Of a stretch of 64,000 nt of DNA, positions 53,161 through 64,000 are shown in pieces (position 1 is the first letter of the stretch; every line of letters begins with the position of its first letter). The notes under the pieces were generated by a model. That model worked only from the letters and a program-made list of their open reading frames with translations. It was not told the DNA's origin and searched no databases. This DNA is from Tubiluchus corallicola. Taxonomy: Eukaryota > Animalia > Priapulida. The DNA is taken from contig JAQGDQ010000276.1 in NCBI GenBank assembly GCA_030141605.1, positions 124,001 through 188,000 of the forward strand, in the 5' to 3' direction. Both the position numbers and the translations under genes were made by a program.

Positions 53161-53683
53161 CAGAGCTGGTGAAATTATTCATTTTTGCTAAATTATCAAT
53201 ATCAGTTACAATGACAATTACAATTAGTCATTTGGATTTATTTACCAATAATGATTAAAATTACAAATAGTTATTTCCGAGATATTGTCAAGCCCAATTC
53301 CAATTACTATTAATTACATTCAGAACACTGCAATTGCTATTATTTATAAAGGCAACTTAATTTTTTAAGAACTGTTAATTTGTGCACCTCAGTTTTGACA
53401 ATTATAGTTATTATTATTAGTGCCAATTTTGTGCAGAAAACATTACCATTCAAATTGCTTATTGTTTTTAGCTAAATTTGAATCCGATTTGACTATATAA
53501 TACAATTGCAACAACAATAATTACAACATTAACAATTACTTTTCACAAAACACCATTACAGTTACAATAACTTGCACAAGGCATTGTCGAAATTAATTTA
53601 CAATTATGTTTCACACAAATTATCGGAATTTTGTAATCATTACAAAATAATAGTGATTAGTCAAAGTAATTTTACCTACTCTA
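53161..53683. mobile_element. hAT-like MITE with AATTAC subterminal repeats
   Basis: Ends CAGAGCTGGTGAAATTAT / GTAATTTTACCTACTCTA (imperfect TIR) with many CAATTAC-type motifs; TSD unclear. Confidence 0.5.
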
Positions 53684-53833
53684 GTGGATGAGTAATTGAA
53701 GCCGAGTATTCTTTCTGATTGACTGGTGTTTTTTTAATAACATTGAGTATGTGAGCGTGTGGTAGTATATTGCACACTTTTAGACATTGTGAATGCTCCA
53801 TGTTTTGTCGTATCTAGTCGATCTGGTCCTACA

Positions 53834-53904
53834 TTGTCGTGTCTTGTCTTGTCCTGACCTGTTCTGTTCAATCCTGTCCTGTCCTGTCTTGTCCTGTCTT
53901 GTCC
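53834..53904. repeat. Degenerate pentanucleotide microsatellite (TGTCC/TGTCT)n
   Basis: TTGTCGTGTCTTGTCTTGTCCTGACCTGTTCTG...TCCTGTCCTGTCCTGTCTTGTCCTGTCTTGTCCT. Confidence 0.85.
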
Positions 53905-54445
53905 TTTCTTTGAGATAGTAGCCACAATACTGCCACAGTGCTGAACTGTGTAGAAATGTGTGGCAGAGTTGCCAAGTTTGGTGGATATGCGTAATATAAT
54001 TATACAGAAACAAGTGTGGCTACGTGGGCAAAAAATAACGGAGTGTGCATGGCGGGTAAGTAAGGGGGTATGGTGTAGGTTTAAGTCACTATTTGTGCTT
54101 AACACATGGAGAGACACCAATGTGGTTGAATCTTGAAATCCTTCAACAATGCAGCAAGTTTCAATAGCAGGGCAATAAAGCTTACCAGGCCCTGTCAACA
54201 GTTGTTGCTTGCAAATTGTCGGTAGAGGTGTTAAATAATACAAAATCACAACAAAAAATGCAAACGCGACCACAGTAACCAATCGTTGACAATCTAGTAG
54301 TAACGTCGTATATCTTAACGAAAATTTAACGGATGCTTGGTAACTTCAGTCGTTTAAGTCTTAAGTAATTGCGAATAGAAAAACCTCCTTAGCGGTGCGC
54401 TTACTAATGTTTTGCTCAACTTTACCGTTTCAAAACAAAACTCCA

Positions 54446-55359
54446 TGTTGGGAGCCGTTTGGACCACTGCGCCAAGTAGACCACTTGATGCGCTAAAAGT
54501 AGTGTCCTACATGGGCAGCCCAAGTAGGACACTAGCGATTTTTGTCGAGAAACTTGCTCTGGCAAAACTTGTTTCCAGTTTATATTACCATTGTTTATAA
54601 GTATTGTTATGACATAATAAAGCATAAAACAAAATTTCTTTTAGAAATGGATATTCCTTGGCAATTTACAAATGCATTTCTTACAATAATTTCATCATTA
54701 TGATTAACTCCATTAATATATCATAACATTAAAACTAGTATCTAATGCTTTAAAGAGAGAAATTCTGCACACATTTATTACAGAAATAATTGCAAATTTA
54801 AAAATGAGACAGATGCTGCTAAGCCTTCACAACACCAAAAAGTAATTTTTGACATTTAAGAAAAGCAAGGATAATTAGTTTTAATATTATCAGTAGTATT
54901 GTAACATGTAGGGCACTGTCCTACATGGCTCGCTAGCCCATGTAGGACACATAGATCGCTAGAACGTTTACTTATAAGAAAACAATTATTTGCCCAAGAG
55001 GTAGTGAAACGGATCACCTGTTTGTGAAGTGAGACAAAATCAAAAATGATATACCTTAAACAAATGTTGAATTCGCAAAAAAGTGGGGTTTTTTCACTTC
55101 AACAACATTAATATCGAAACCTAATTTAATATTGTCCCTTCTACCAGCTCAGAATAAAATTCTTTTATTTTATTAGATGTATAATAAATTATTCAACGTG
55201 TATTAACGTTTTTAATTATTATTATTACATAAACAAGCACAACGGACGGTGTCAGTACACTTAACGACTGAATTCACGACCTGTCTCTAGTGTCCTACTT
55301 GGGCAGCCCAAGTAGACCAATTGGTCTACTTGACGCAGTGGTCCAAACGGCTCCCAACA
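54446..55359. mobile_element. TGT..ACA-ended MITE with 5-bp TSD (Ginger-like), copy B, 140 bp upstream of the PLAA ATG
   Basis: ~38-bp near-perfect TIR TGTTGGGAGCCGTTTGGACCACTGCG(C/T)CAAGTAGACCA; TSD CTCCA/CCCCA; interior colinear with 50717-51529 (e.g. GGATCACCTG, AGCTCAGAATAAAATTCTTTTATTTTA, ACAACGGACGGTG). Confidence 0.88.
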
Positions 55360-55499
55360 CCCCACACTCCACAGGCACGAGGTTTAGGCATGAGATTTTG
55401 AAGACTCACTGTTAGGATAACTGTGTATTATTTGTCTTATTAAATTCTAAACCTAAGTGTAAAACCGAAGAAGCGTTTGAATACAACGATTTTTTGCAG

Positions 55500-58400
55500 A
55501 TGTCGGTGTATAAGCTTCGGTGCTCTTTAGTTGGGCATGAGTCTGATGTTCGTGCTGTGGCCGCTGCGTACTATCCAGATAACGGTATAGTGTCTGCCTC
55601 GAGAGATCGCACTACTCGCGTTTGGGCTACAAATGAGTAAGAATAATGTGAAAATCTTTATTATTAACTTATTAAACGGCCGTGTAATCAGAAATGTAAT
55701 GAACGTTGTTTAGCACATCCCCATATTAAAAAAATAAAGCAAACTAAGGACAAATCACTTGGTAAGCGTGTTGGGTTTATTTTACTGTTATCGCTTCAAA
55801 ATTGTCACGTAACTGGTGGACTTCATGACATTTTCATAAGCACTTTCTGTAAGTGCATGCTGCTTAAACTAATTTAAATTTCTACAGCTTATCAAATGTT
55901 TGTGCAAATATATCAAAATTAGCTACCTGATTTTTGCAAAAACATTATACTTGGACAGAAATTGACAGTGTGCTGTTTTTCTTCAGCAGATTAGGGACAC
56001 CATTGGTGGGAAATAAGCATTCAAAATGGGAGCACCCATGCTCGAAATAATCACGAGTTTAAAATAAAAAATGACTTTACTAATTACACCAGGCACTTAT
56101 TACACTTTTATTACATAATCCTAACAAATCCTTTTCAGAAGCATTGAAATAAGCCTAACTTTCCAGAAGGATTGACCTTTCCTTTAAAGTTTATCAGCAA
56201 AATTTTCATACAGATGCTTTACTCTTCACAAAAGAGTTATTTAACAAAATGTAAGACTTTTCTCACAGAACTGAAAAAGAACTCATGATGATGTGACTTT
56301 AACACTGGTGAGTGAAACATAGGCACTGTAACGGTGTCCAGCTGTCCGTTATCTAAATGTCCACCAACTTGAAATTAGATAAAAGCAGTGTTATATGTAT
56401 ATATAAACACTTCTCTCTGATTGGAATAAAGTACACACTCAGACAAAGTGTTCTGTAGATTCCACTGAACTGTACTCTCAGAATAAGAATTATCAGAGCT
56501 GGAGCTTTGATGGAAAATTTGGAACACTGTTCATACTATGAATTATATAGTGCAAAAGTTTGTTCCAATAAAATGTACAACTACCCGCAATTTTGGAAAT
56601 AAAAAGTACCATTGTGAATTAAATATTACACATATACAAAACAAAATTAGCATCTATGACAAATGAAGCAGCACATGACAAAGACTAGTAAAGTGTATCT
56701 AATAAAAAGTTATGTAGGTTCGATAATGTACCTCATGTAACTTCCCTGATAATAAATGAAAATATCACAGATCATTAATTAACATTTAGTTTACACAATT
56801 CCTTTTGTCCTATAATTAACTATTCACATTAAGTAAGATATAGGACAAGACTTGTGTGTACTAAATGTTAATTAATGATATGAGATATTTGAATTTATTA
56901 TCAGTGTTATGTGATTCAGTGATATAACATTCAATGTGGTAAAATTTGGGGAGTTAAATCAGGTTCATTATAAAACCTATATAACTTTTTATTATATAAA
57001 GGTTACTAGTCTTTGTCATGTGTTGCAGCTGCTGCTTCATTTCTCGCAGATGCTAATTTTGTTTTCTCTGTGTGTAATATTTGGTTTATTTACTATGGTA
57101 AATATTTCAAATTTATAGTTTTATTTCCCATTGCACAAACATTTTATATGTATTTAGTCCACAACATTTCAACTTCATTATCATTAATATATAGCTTACG
57201 TAAAACAATTAAAATGAGTGTGGACAGATAAATCTATAATAACTTCTATGCAAAGGGCCAAAATATTGTTTGGCGGCTTGTTCAGAATTGGTTGTATATG
57301 TAGTCTGTTTAAATATAGTCCTAAAAATTTCTGGTGCTGTTTATCAAAAAAACAAACTAGTGTATTGGTGGTGCCTCAAGGCAATAAACTTACTTACTGT
57401 AATCGATGCCTGCTTTGCTTACTTAATTATAAGGTCATGAAGTAACCTATGTATTGTAAATTGTTCTATCTTTTCTAGTTTTGACAGAGGCTTTACTGAA
57501 TCATTGTGCATGAGTGGGCACACTAACTTCATAGCCTGTATATGCATTTATCCTCCAGACGATAAACACCCACATGGCCTTGTCTTAACAGGCAGCAACG
57601 ACAAATCTATCTGTGCTTTTACATTGGAATCTCCAGAACCTGTATATAAGCTCTTGGGTCACAATGATACAGGTATATATGTCTATGCCAATATGTACAA
57701 ATAATGTATTTAGTTGTGAACGGTGTTTTGTAAATTCGTGTGAATAACCTATGTAGTATGCACACTAAGCAATTTCACTGTTGGGAAACTAACTTCGTTA
57801 AATATAGAAATATAGTAATGGCATTTATCACTTTATTTATCAGATACACCATCTTCATACGAGTACAGCAATTACGATTTGGTTTTCACCAATTAACTAA
57901 CAATTGGCTATATACATTTAATGCATGTAATGAGATACATGCACTTAGTAGCCATTGTTCTTCATGAACATGTCTACATTAAATGCTTGATTATTACATT
58001 AGAAATGGAACCTTTTGTTTCAGCTAAAATTGCCTGAAGTGACTGATCATGAAGTAAATATGTATCAGTTTTAGAGGAACAAAGATAGTGCATTAGATCA
58101 GTAAACCGATGTTTTTGTCACTGCCACTATAATTTTAATTACTTGTAAATAACTAAACATATTTTAGGTAAAGCACCAGTGGCTATTGAATTTTCAGTGT
58201 TATAAGTTCGGTGTTCTTTAACAATCATAATTAAAGTTATGCAAGTTGGCACATGGCTTTTTGTTTTTTGTACAAAACCAATGAGCAGCAATACAAAATA
58301 ATTTATTACATTAAAGTATTGCTCAAACAATAAAGCAACTACCATACCCTTAACGTTACTGTGAAACTCTCATGCATCTCGCACAGCCTGCAATCTTGAA

Positions 58401-61400
58401 GGTATAATCTGCATGTAAAGAGCAGTGACTTGAAAACTCTTTTGTAATTAATTTTTTTATTGAACTGAATGTCCTGGAAATGCATCAGTTTTCAACAACC
58501 AAACGTAACGGAGCTATCCTGAAAGTCAGACTGGACACTAAGATTGTAAAAAATTTTATTATTCAACAGACAAGTTTGTAACACATTTGCAAAATATGTT
58601 GTAGGATCGTGAATTTTTCGAGTCTGTGCTCCAGTCATACTCGATAAGATAGCAAGTTGTGTGAGACACGTGAGGCTTCCACACTGAAATTTCCTGAACA
58701 ATAGGTTTTGTCTTCTTTCAGGGATACTTCGAGACAGTAAATTATTCTGCACTGTTAGACTGTTTTTGTTCCCCCCCTCCTAGCAAAGGGTTATGTGCCA
58801 CCCTGTTCAGCCAAGTTAATTGTGACTATATCAAATTTAATATCATAATATGTGAATAATTTTTTTCTAACAAGTATTATAATTTGTATAGAAAAGCCAA
58901 AAAAGATTCCATAATGAAAGCCCTGTGAAGAAGCTGCTGCTTAAGATACTGTCAGTAGGCAAACTGTGTGGAAGAGTAGATGTATGGCCAGACTGCTTCG
59001 TTACTATATAGAAATCGAAAACTGTGTAATTTCTTCTTAAATAATACAATTATATACTGAGAGATAGCAACTGCGAGAAACTTCATCTAGAATAGGCACT
59101 TTAAATATCAACATGTATCAGATTTCTCCACCTGACTTATGATGCCTGTTTCACTCATTTCGCTCATGTTGAGTTAATTCTAATTGAAGTTTCATGAAAT
59201 TTCTTGCTGTTGCTATAATTCAGTATATAAAATTGTTTGTATTATTTAAGATGAGTGTTTGACTATCCTGCAGTAATTAAACAGTCTGGCGTAGTCTTCC
59301 GCACAGTTTACCGACTGAATATATGGTGTCTTGAACAGCAGTGTCTTTATAGGGCTTTGATTACAGAATATTGTTTTTTGTTTTGTAATAATTTCATTTG
59401 AATTTGTAGTTTGCACATGATAGTGATTTTTTTCATGATTTCAGTAGCTCACTTTGATTTTGTAGTTTTCTTATATTCACACTATTGTATTAATGATAAA
59501 AGTTTTTCAAATGCACTTGGAAATACAACACGAAATTTTTATTTTTTTATTGTTTCAGTATCTTGCCTGGCTGTGGGAAAGTTTGGTACAATTCTCAGCG
59601 GCTCCTGGGATACAACTGCCAAAGTGTGGCTCAATCAAAAGTGCGTGATGACTTTGCAAAACCATTCACTAGCTGTCTGGGGTGTTGCCATCATGCCAGC
59701 GCAGGGCTTGATGCTTACTGCATCTGCTGATAAAACTGTCAAGATGTGGAAAGCTGGAAAGCTGGAAAAAACTTTTAAAGGTAAATGTGCTTATCCGCTT
59801 TTTGTATTGTGTAAGGTGAAAAACAATATCCTTTACTGTGAAAAGCTTGTGTCTGTCAACATTTATTATTTTTGGTGCAACAGAAGAAAATTTGTAAACT
59901 GGTTTTTTGGTAAGTTGCAAAACATTATGTAAGTTGCAGGCATTATGGTAAACAACACTTTATTAAATAAATTGTCATAATAAAATTGCTAAAACTTATT
60001 AGTTTTTTAAATTGTGTTATGCTATATTAAAAATTAAAAATGCTTAGAAGTCAGTATAGATACACAGGCATAGCATTATTTTCTCTTCCTCAGAGTACAT
60101 CCAATACACATGTCTTGATGCGCATCTGTTTTCTATGTAGGTCATACTGACTGTGTAAGAGGACTTGCTGTTTTAACGGACATAGAATTTCTTTCATGTG
60201 CTAACGATGCTAGCATCAGGAGATGGCTAGTTTCAGGGGAATGTGTCCACACATATTATGGACATACGAACTTCATTTACAGCATTGCCATTTTGCCAAA
60301 TGGAGAAGACTTTGTTACAGCTAGTGAGGACAGGACAGTTAAGGTGAATTATCATCAAAATGTCCACATTCTCATTGCACTTGTATTATAGCACCTGCTT
60401 GTGCCCATTATAACTGTTTTAACACCAGGATGCAAGTTACAAAAATGTTTTTTCAGTATTTTTGACTTGGAGTATTTTGTTGTAATAGGTTTGGAAAGAT
60501 GGAGATTGTGCACAAACAATTAGATTGCCAACTGAGTCAATTTGGTCAGTCACATGCTTATCAAATGGTGATATTGTTGCAGGATGCAGGTATTTTTCCA
60601 CATACGTTAATTATTTTGAAAGCTATATTCTGTGATGTTTGACATTTAATGTTTTAAGTTAATATTTAATTTCTAAATTATTAAGATAAGATGGTATTCT
60701 TCACCGTTTTGCTCCTTTTTACCCAAACAGATTTTGTTTTTTTTGCAGTGACGCCATAGTGAGAGTTTTCACTAAAGATCCTGAACGAATGGCAAGCGAA
60801 AGCGAACAGAAAACATTTGAAGAGCATGTGGCCAGCTGCAAAATCGACTTGAAGGCAAGTGATTTGGGAGAAATAAAGACCGAGGACTTGTCAGGAATTG
60901 AAGCTTTGCAAAATCCAGGTCAGAACTTCTTATCTAGATAATTGTTTTATAAAGCTTGATGATCAGCACGGCAGACTCCCTGCCATGCGTGCCCAATTGT
61001 CTGAACTCCTAGTGTAGTAAATAATATTATAGACTGTTGCAGTGCTTACAAACAGAATAGTAAAACATAAATAAAAAGTAGAATATTTTTGAATTTATTT
61101 GAAATAAATAGGCAAATTTGATTTTATTTTGTCTAGTGGTAAAATTAGTCTGTTTAATTTTATATCTTTTCATAAAATGAAGTCATTTTCAGAATGATTA
61201 AACTTTAAATTTTGTCAGTACATAATTATAATTTTGTCTCAGTGTTGTTCACCAAAATACACCATAATTGTAGAAAGAGTGAAAATTTGTTGCGTGTTTA
61301 GGCAAAAAAGATGGAGAAACGACTATGGTTCGCACTCCCAATGGTGTTGTTGAAGCTCATCAGTGGAGCATGGCAGAACAAAAATGGATAAAGATAGGGG

Positions 61401-64000
61401 ATGTGGTTGGCAGCAGTGGAGCAACCCAACAGACTTCTGGAAAACAGTTGTATAATGGAAAGGTATCATAAAGCTATGAGCAAAATTGCATTTTATAATT
61501 CTTTGGGCTTTGCCATACACTAACATAAATCTCCTTTAATAATGTCTACTTTTGCCGGTGCAGGTGAATTGTAGCTTTGAATCTTAAATGAATTCATTAT
61601 TATCATCTAATTAACTGAGTTCAAGTGGGGAATAGCTGAGTGGTCAGAGCTGGTGTGTGTGCAAAACTTAAGTAGCACCAACATTTTAGTTAGTAAATTG
61701 GGGCCACTAGATAGAAAGGCTTTAGGGATTCTATCTGCCATGCTGCCTGTCATTGTTTTTTGTTGAAAGAGGATGTACACACATGTGAACATGGCTAAGA
61801 CACCGCTCCCAGTTGTATGTTCCTCTTTCAGAGTTATTCTTAATAAATTCCAATGTTGCTACAATCAGTCTACTTTAGTAGCCAATAAGCCATGTATAAT
61901 GTGCCAAAATATAACAAACTGTAGCATGATTTAATATCACCTACAAAGAAACCTTAGACAATTATAATGTAATTGCAAGACTTTTTATCTGTTAGTGACT
62001 AACAATATACTTGATACGATAACTCGCTTAATGCCGTCAACAAAAGTTTTGCAAATGGAAGATACCATATTAGGGGTATATTTAAAGTACAGCAAAAACA
62101 ATAATGATGAAAGTCGTATAAACTGCAGTTTGAAATGTATAAAATCAATGCTGCCAAATAAATTATTGATTGCGTCATTTTTCTTCTTTTAAACAGCAAT
62201 ATGATTACGTCTTCAGCATAGATATAGAAGATGGAAAACCTCCTTTAAAGCTGCCATATAACATCACAGATGATCCGTGGCTTGCAGCACAAAAGTTTCT
62301 GAGTGAAAACAACCTTAGTCAGATTTTTCTTGATCAAGTGGCAAATTTCATAATTGAGAATAGTAAAGGAGTTACCTTTCAGCAGCAAGCTGATAATTCT
62401 GTAGTGGATCCTTTCACAGGTATGTCATATTTGCTAGCAAGCTAGTTTTGCTAGCTTTTAAAACTTCAGACTACAAAAAAATTTCTTTAGTATAACAGTC
62501 ACTAAAGCTCATTCCTTTGATAGTAAAATTTTTAGGTTAGTTTGAATACATTAAAACCTCTGTGTCAATTCCTAAACTAAAGAAAAATCTTACATCACAT
62601 ATTTGCCACATATTCCGAATAATCACTTTCAATGTGTGGATGTATAATCTATATACCAACATTACTTCACAGCACGTACATGCAAATACTCACAACTGTT
62701 AATTCATCCCTATAAAACTATATAATTAAATTGGTAATCAGTTGTGTCTCTTTTATTTTTATTCTTATTTTGGCTATATTTATGCTTTGGAAATATTATC
62801 ATGACTTAATCGTCGTCATAACATCATCGTATTAACATGTGTCATTCATGTAGTCCTCATCAACATGCTGAATTTCTAGCTTTTCCTCATTCTAGAAGAA
62901 AGTGTGTGTGTGTGTGTGTGAGAGTGAGTGAGTGTATGAGAGAGATCGTTTAATGCATTTCTGTTTTGTTTCTTAAATTTCAAATTTAACATTAATCTGG
63001 GCAGCACCAACACAAGATTTTCTTCGTGGTGTTGTCCAGAGGCATATTAGGAGTCTCAATAAAAATTATATATTACTGTTTTTTTCTTTGTAAAATTTGT
63101 GTTAATTTAAAATTAATTTAATGATTTCTACATAAATTATCGTTGTATGCTCATAATAAATCTTGCAATAAATACTAAATTCTGATTCTAAAAATTCTAA
63201 GTGCATTACTTATCATTACAAAACCACATTCATATGCACATTTCAGAACAATCTGGCTTCTTTTGAGGAATGATAATATAATCTCGTCTATATTACGTGG
63301 GTCTCAAATTTTGCTTTTATTGTTTTATTTCAAACTCAGAAAGTTGGTACCAAGTACAGTGCTGCTAGCTTTGCACCAACTTGTCAGATTACCTTTACTC
63401 ATCATGTCTCTTTTTCCAACATAACTCCTAGTCTTCAAATATTTGTCAAAGTGAACAGCTGTCTTTCACAAATTTGTTGAAATGTTTCTGTTACTTGACA
63501 ACCGAATTGCTTAATGATTTTTTGTAGCAGTTGTATTATTAAGCATAAGTATTTTATGAATTACTTACGTAAAGTTTATTTGAAATAAAATAATGTTAAT
63601 AATAGGGCAATCAGAATTTAGGATACTCATAGTTTCACCTAGCAGCCATTGCTAAGTTTGTACATGTAAATCAGTGTTAAAATTATTGCTTTACTAAAAC
63701 TGATTCACGTATAAAGCATAATGCATAACTTAACTTAAAGTACGAAAGCATGACTTACATGTATTGTGGTGCTTCATAATGTATTTGACTTCTACTATCT
63801 TTTGTCAATGTAAACTATGAAAAGATGTTAATACATTTTTGCAGAAGCTTGCAGGAAAAAAGTAGTATATTACAGGTGTTTTTTGAATATTGGTATCATC
63901 TTATTTAGCTTATTGATTTTATTTTTAACAGTTAAGAATACAAATGACTGTACTGCACATGGTGTTTTTCCTAATATTTAGGTCAAAGTCGTTACATCCC
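55500..64000 (+). CDS. PLAA: Phospholipase A2-activating protein (PLAA/Doa1/Ufd3), WD40 + PFU domains; 3' end lies beyond the window
   Basis: Exons 55500-55636, 57479-57672, 59559-59780, 60141-60343, 60489-60589, 60749-60918, 61302-61462, 62197-62419, 63982->64000; GT-AG with consistent phases. [20 protein letters not shown]; WD40 repeats ([42 protein letters not shown]); WIKIGDVVG; PFU domain [31 protein letters not shown]; DPFTGQSRYIP. Confidence 0.96.
56595..57128. repeat. Long imperfect inverted repeat (foldback) in PLAA intron 1
   Basis: Core arms CTGATAATAAAT...ATCATTAATTAACATTTAGT...TTGTCCTATA (from 56746) vs the reverse complement ending 56904. Pairing extends outward through ATAAAAAGTTAT, CATGACAAAGACTAGT, AAAACAAAATTAGCATCT and GGAAATAAAA. 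Confidence 0.85.
62902..62945. repeat. (GT)n/(GAGT)n microsatellite
   Basis: GTGTGTGTGTGTGTGTGTGAGAGTGAGTGAGTGTATGAGAGAGA in a PLAA intron. Confidence 0.85.

Noticed and set aside
53734-54282. 182-aa minus-strand ORF (and overlapping 77-aa ORF) with QDRT repeats
   Set aside because: The repetitive peptide is the translation of a (GGACA/AGACA)n microsatellite; the rest has no recognisable domain.
61625-61820. Possible tRNA-SINE head (TAGCTGAGTGGTCAGAGC)
   Set aside because: A-box-like motif only; no B-box, tail or TSD could be identified.

Overview
AT-rich, intron-containing animal genomic DNA, most likely from an invertebrate bilaterian; no prokaryotic features. Splicing by hand (splice sites plus codon-phase checks) gives four conserved housekeeping genes: GIPC (+, 5601-12727, 5 coding exons, 352 aa), SARA/endofin ZFYVE9/16 (-, 18371-39150, 19 coding exons, 1501 aa), TFIIF large subunit GTF2F1/RAP74 (-, 42304-~49303, ~6 coding exons) and PLAA/Doa1/Ufd3 (+, 55500 to beyond the window end, 9 exons seen). 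Introns and intergenic DNA hold many non-autonomous DNA transposons (hAT with 8-bp TSDs, Tc1/pogo with TA TSDs, two TGT..ACA elements with 5-bp TSDs), an RTE-like LINE with an inverted 5' part, a CR1/L2-like LINE relic, a 5S-derived SINE, a long foldback and a ~750-bp local duplication. Most unusual observations: a palindromic element whose arms each contain a tRNA(Arg, UCU)-like module; a pair of Ginger-like MITEs bracketing the divergent GTF2F1/PLAA upstream region; splice-acceptor-like sites just before the start codons (5'UTR introns or SL trans-splicing); a probable GC-AG intron in SARA; and four neighbours whose human homologues fall in one paralogon (1p/5q/9p/19p). Most short ORFs in the supplied track are spurious. 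No database searches were run, so family assignments rest on recalled motifs.
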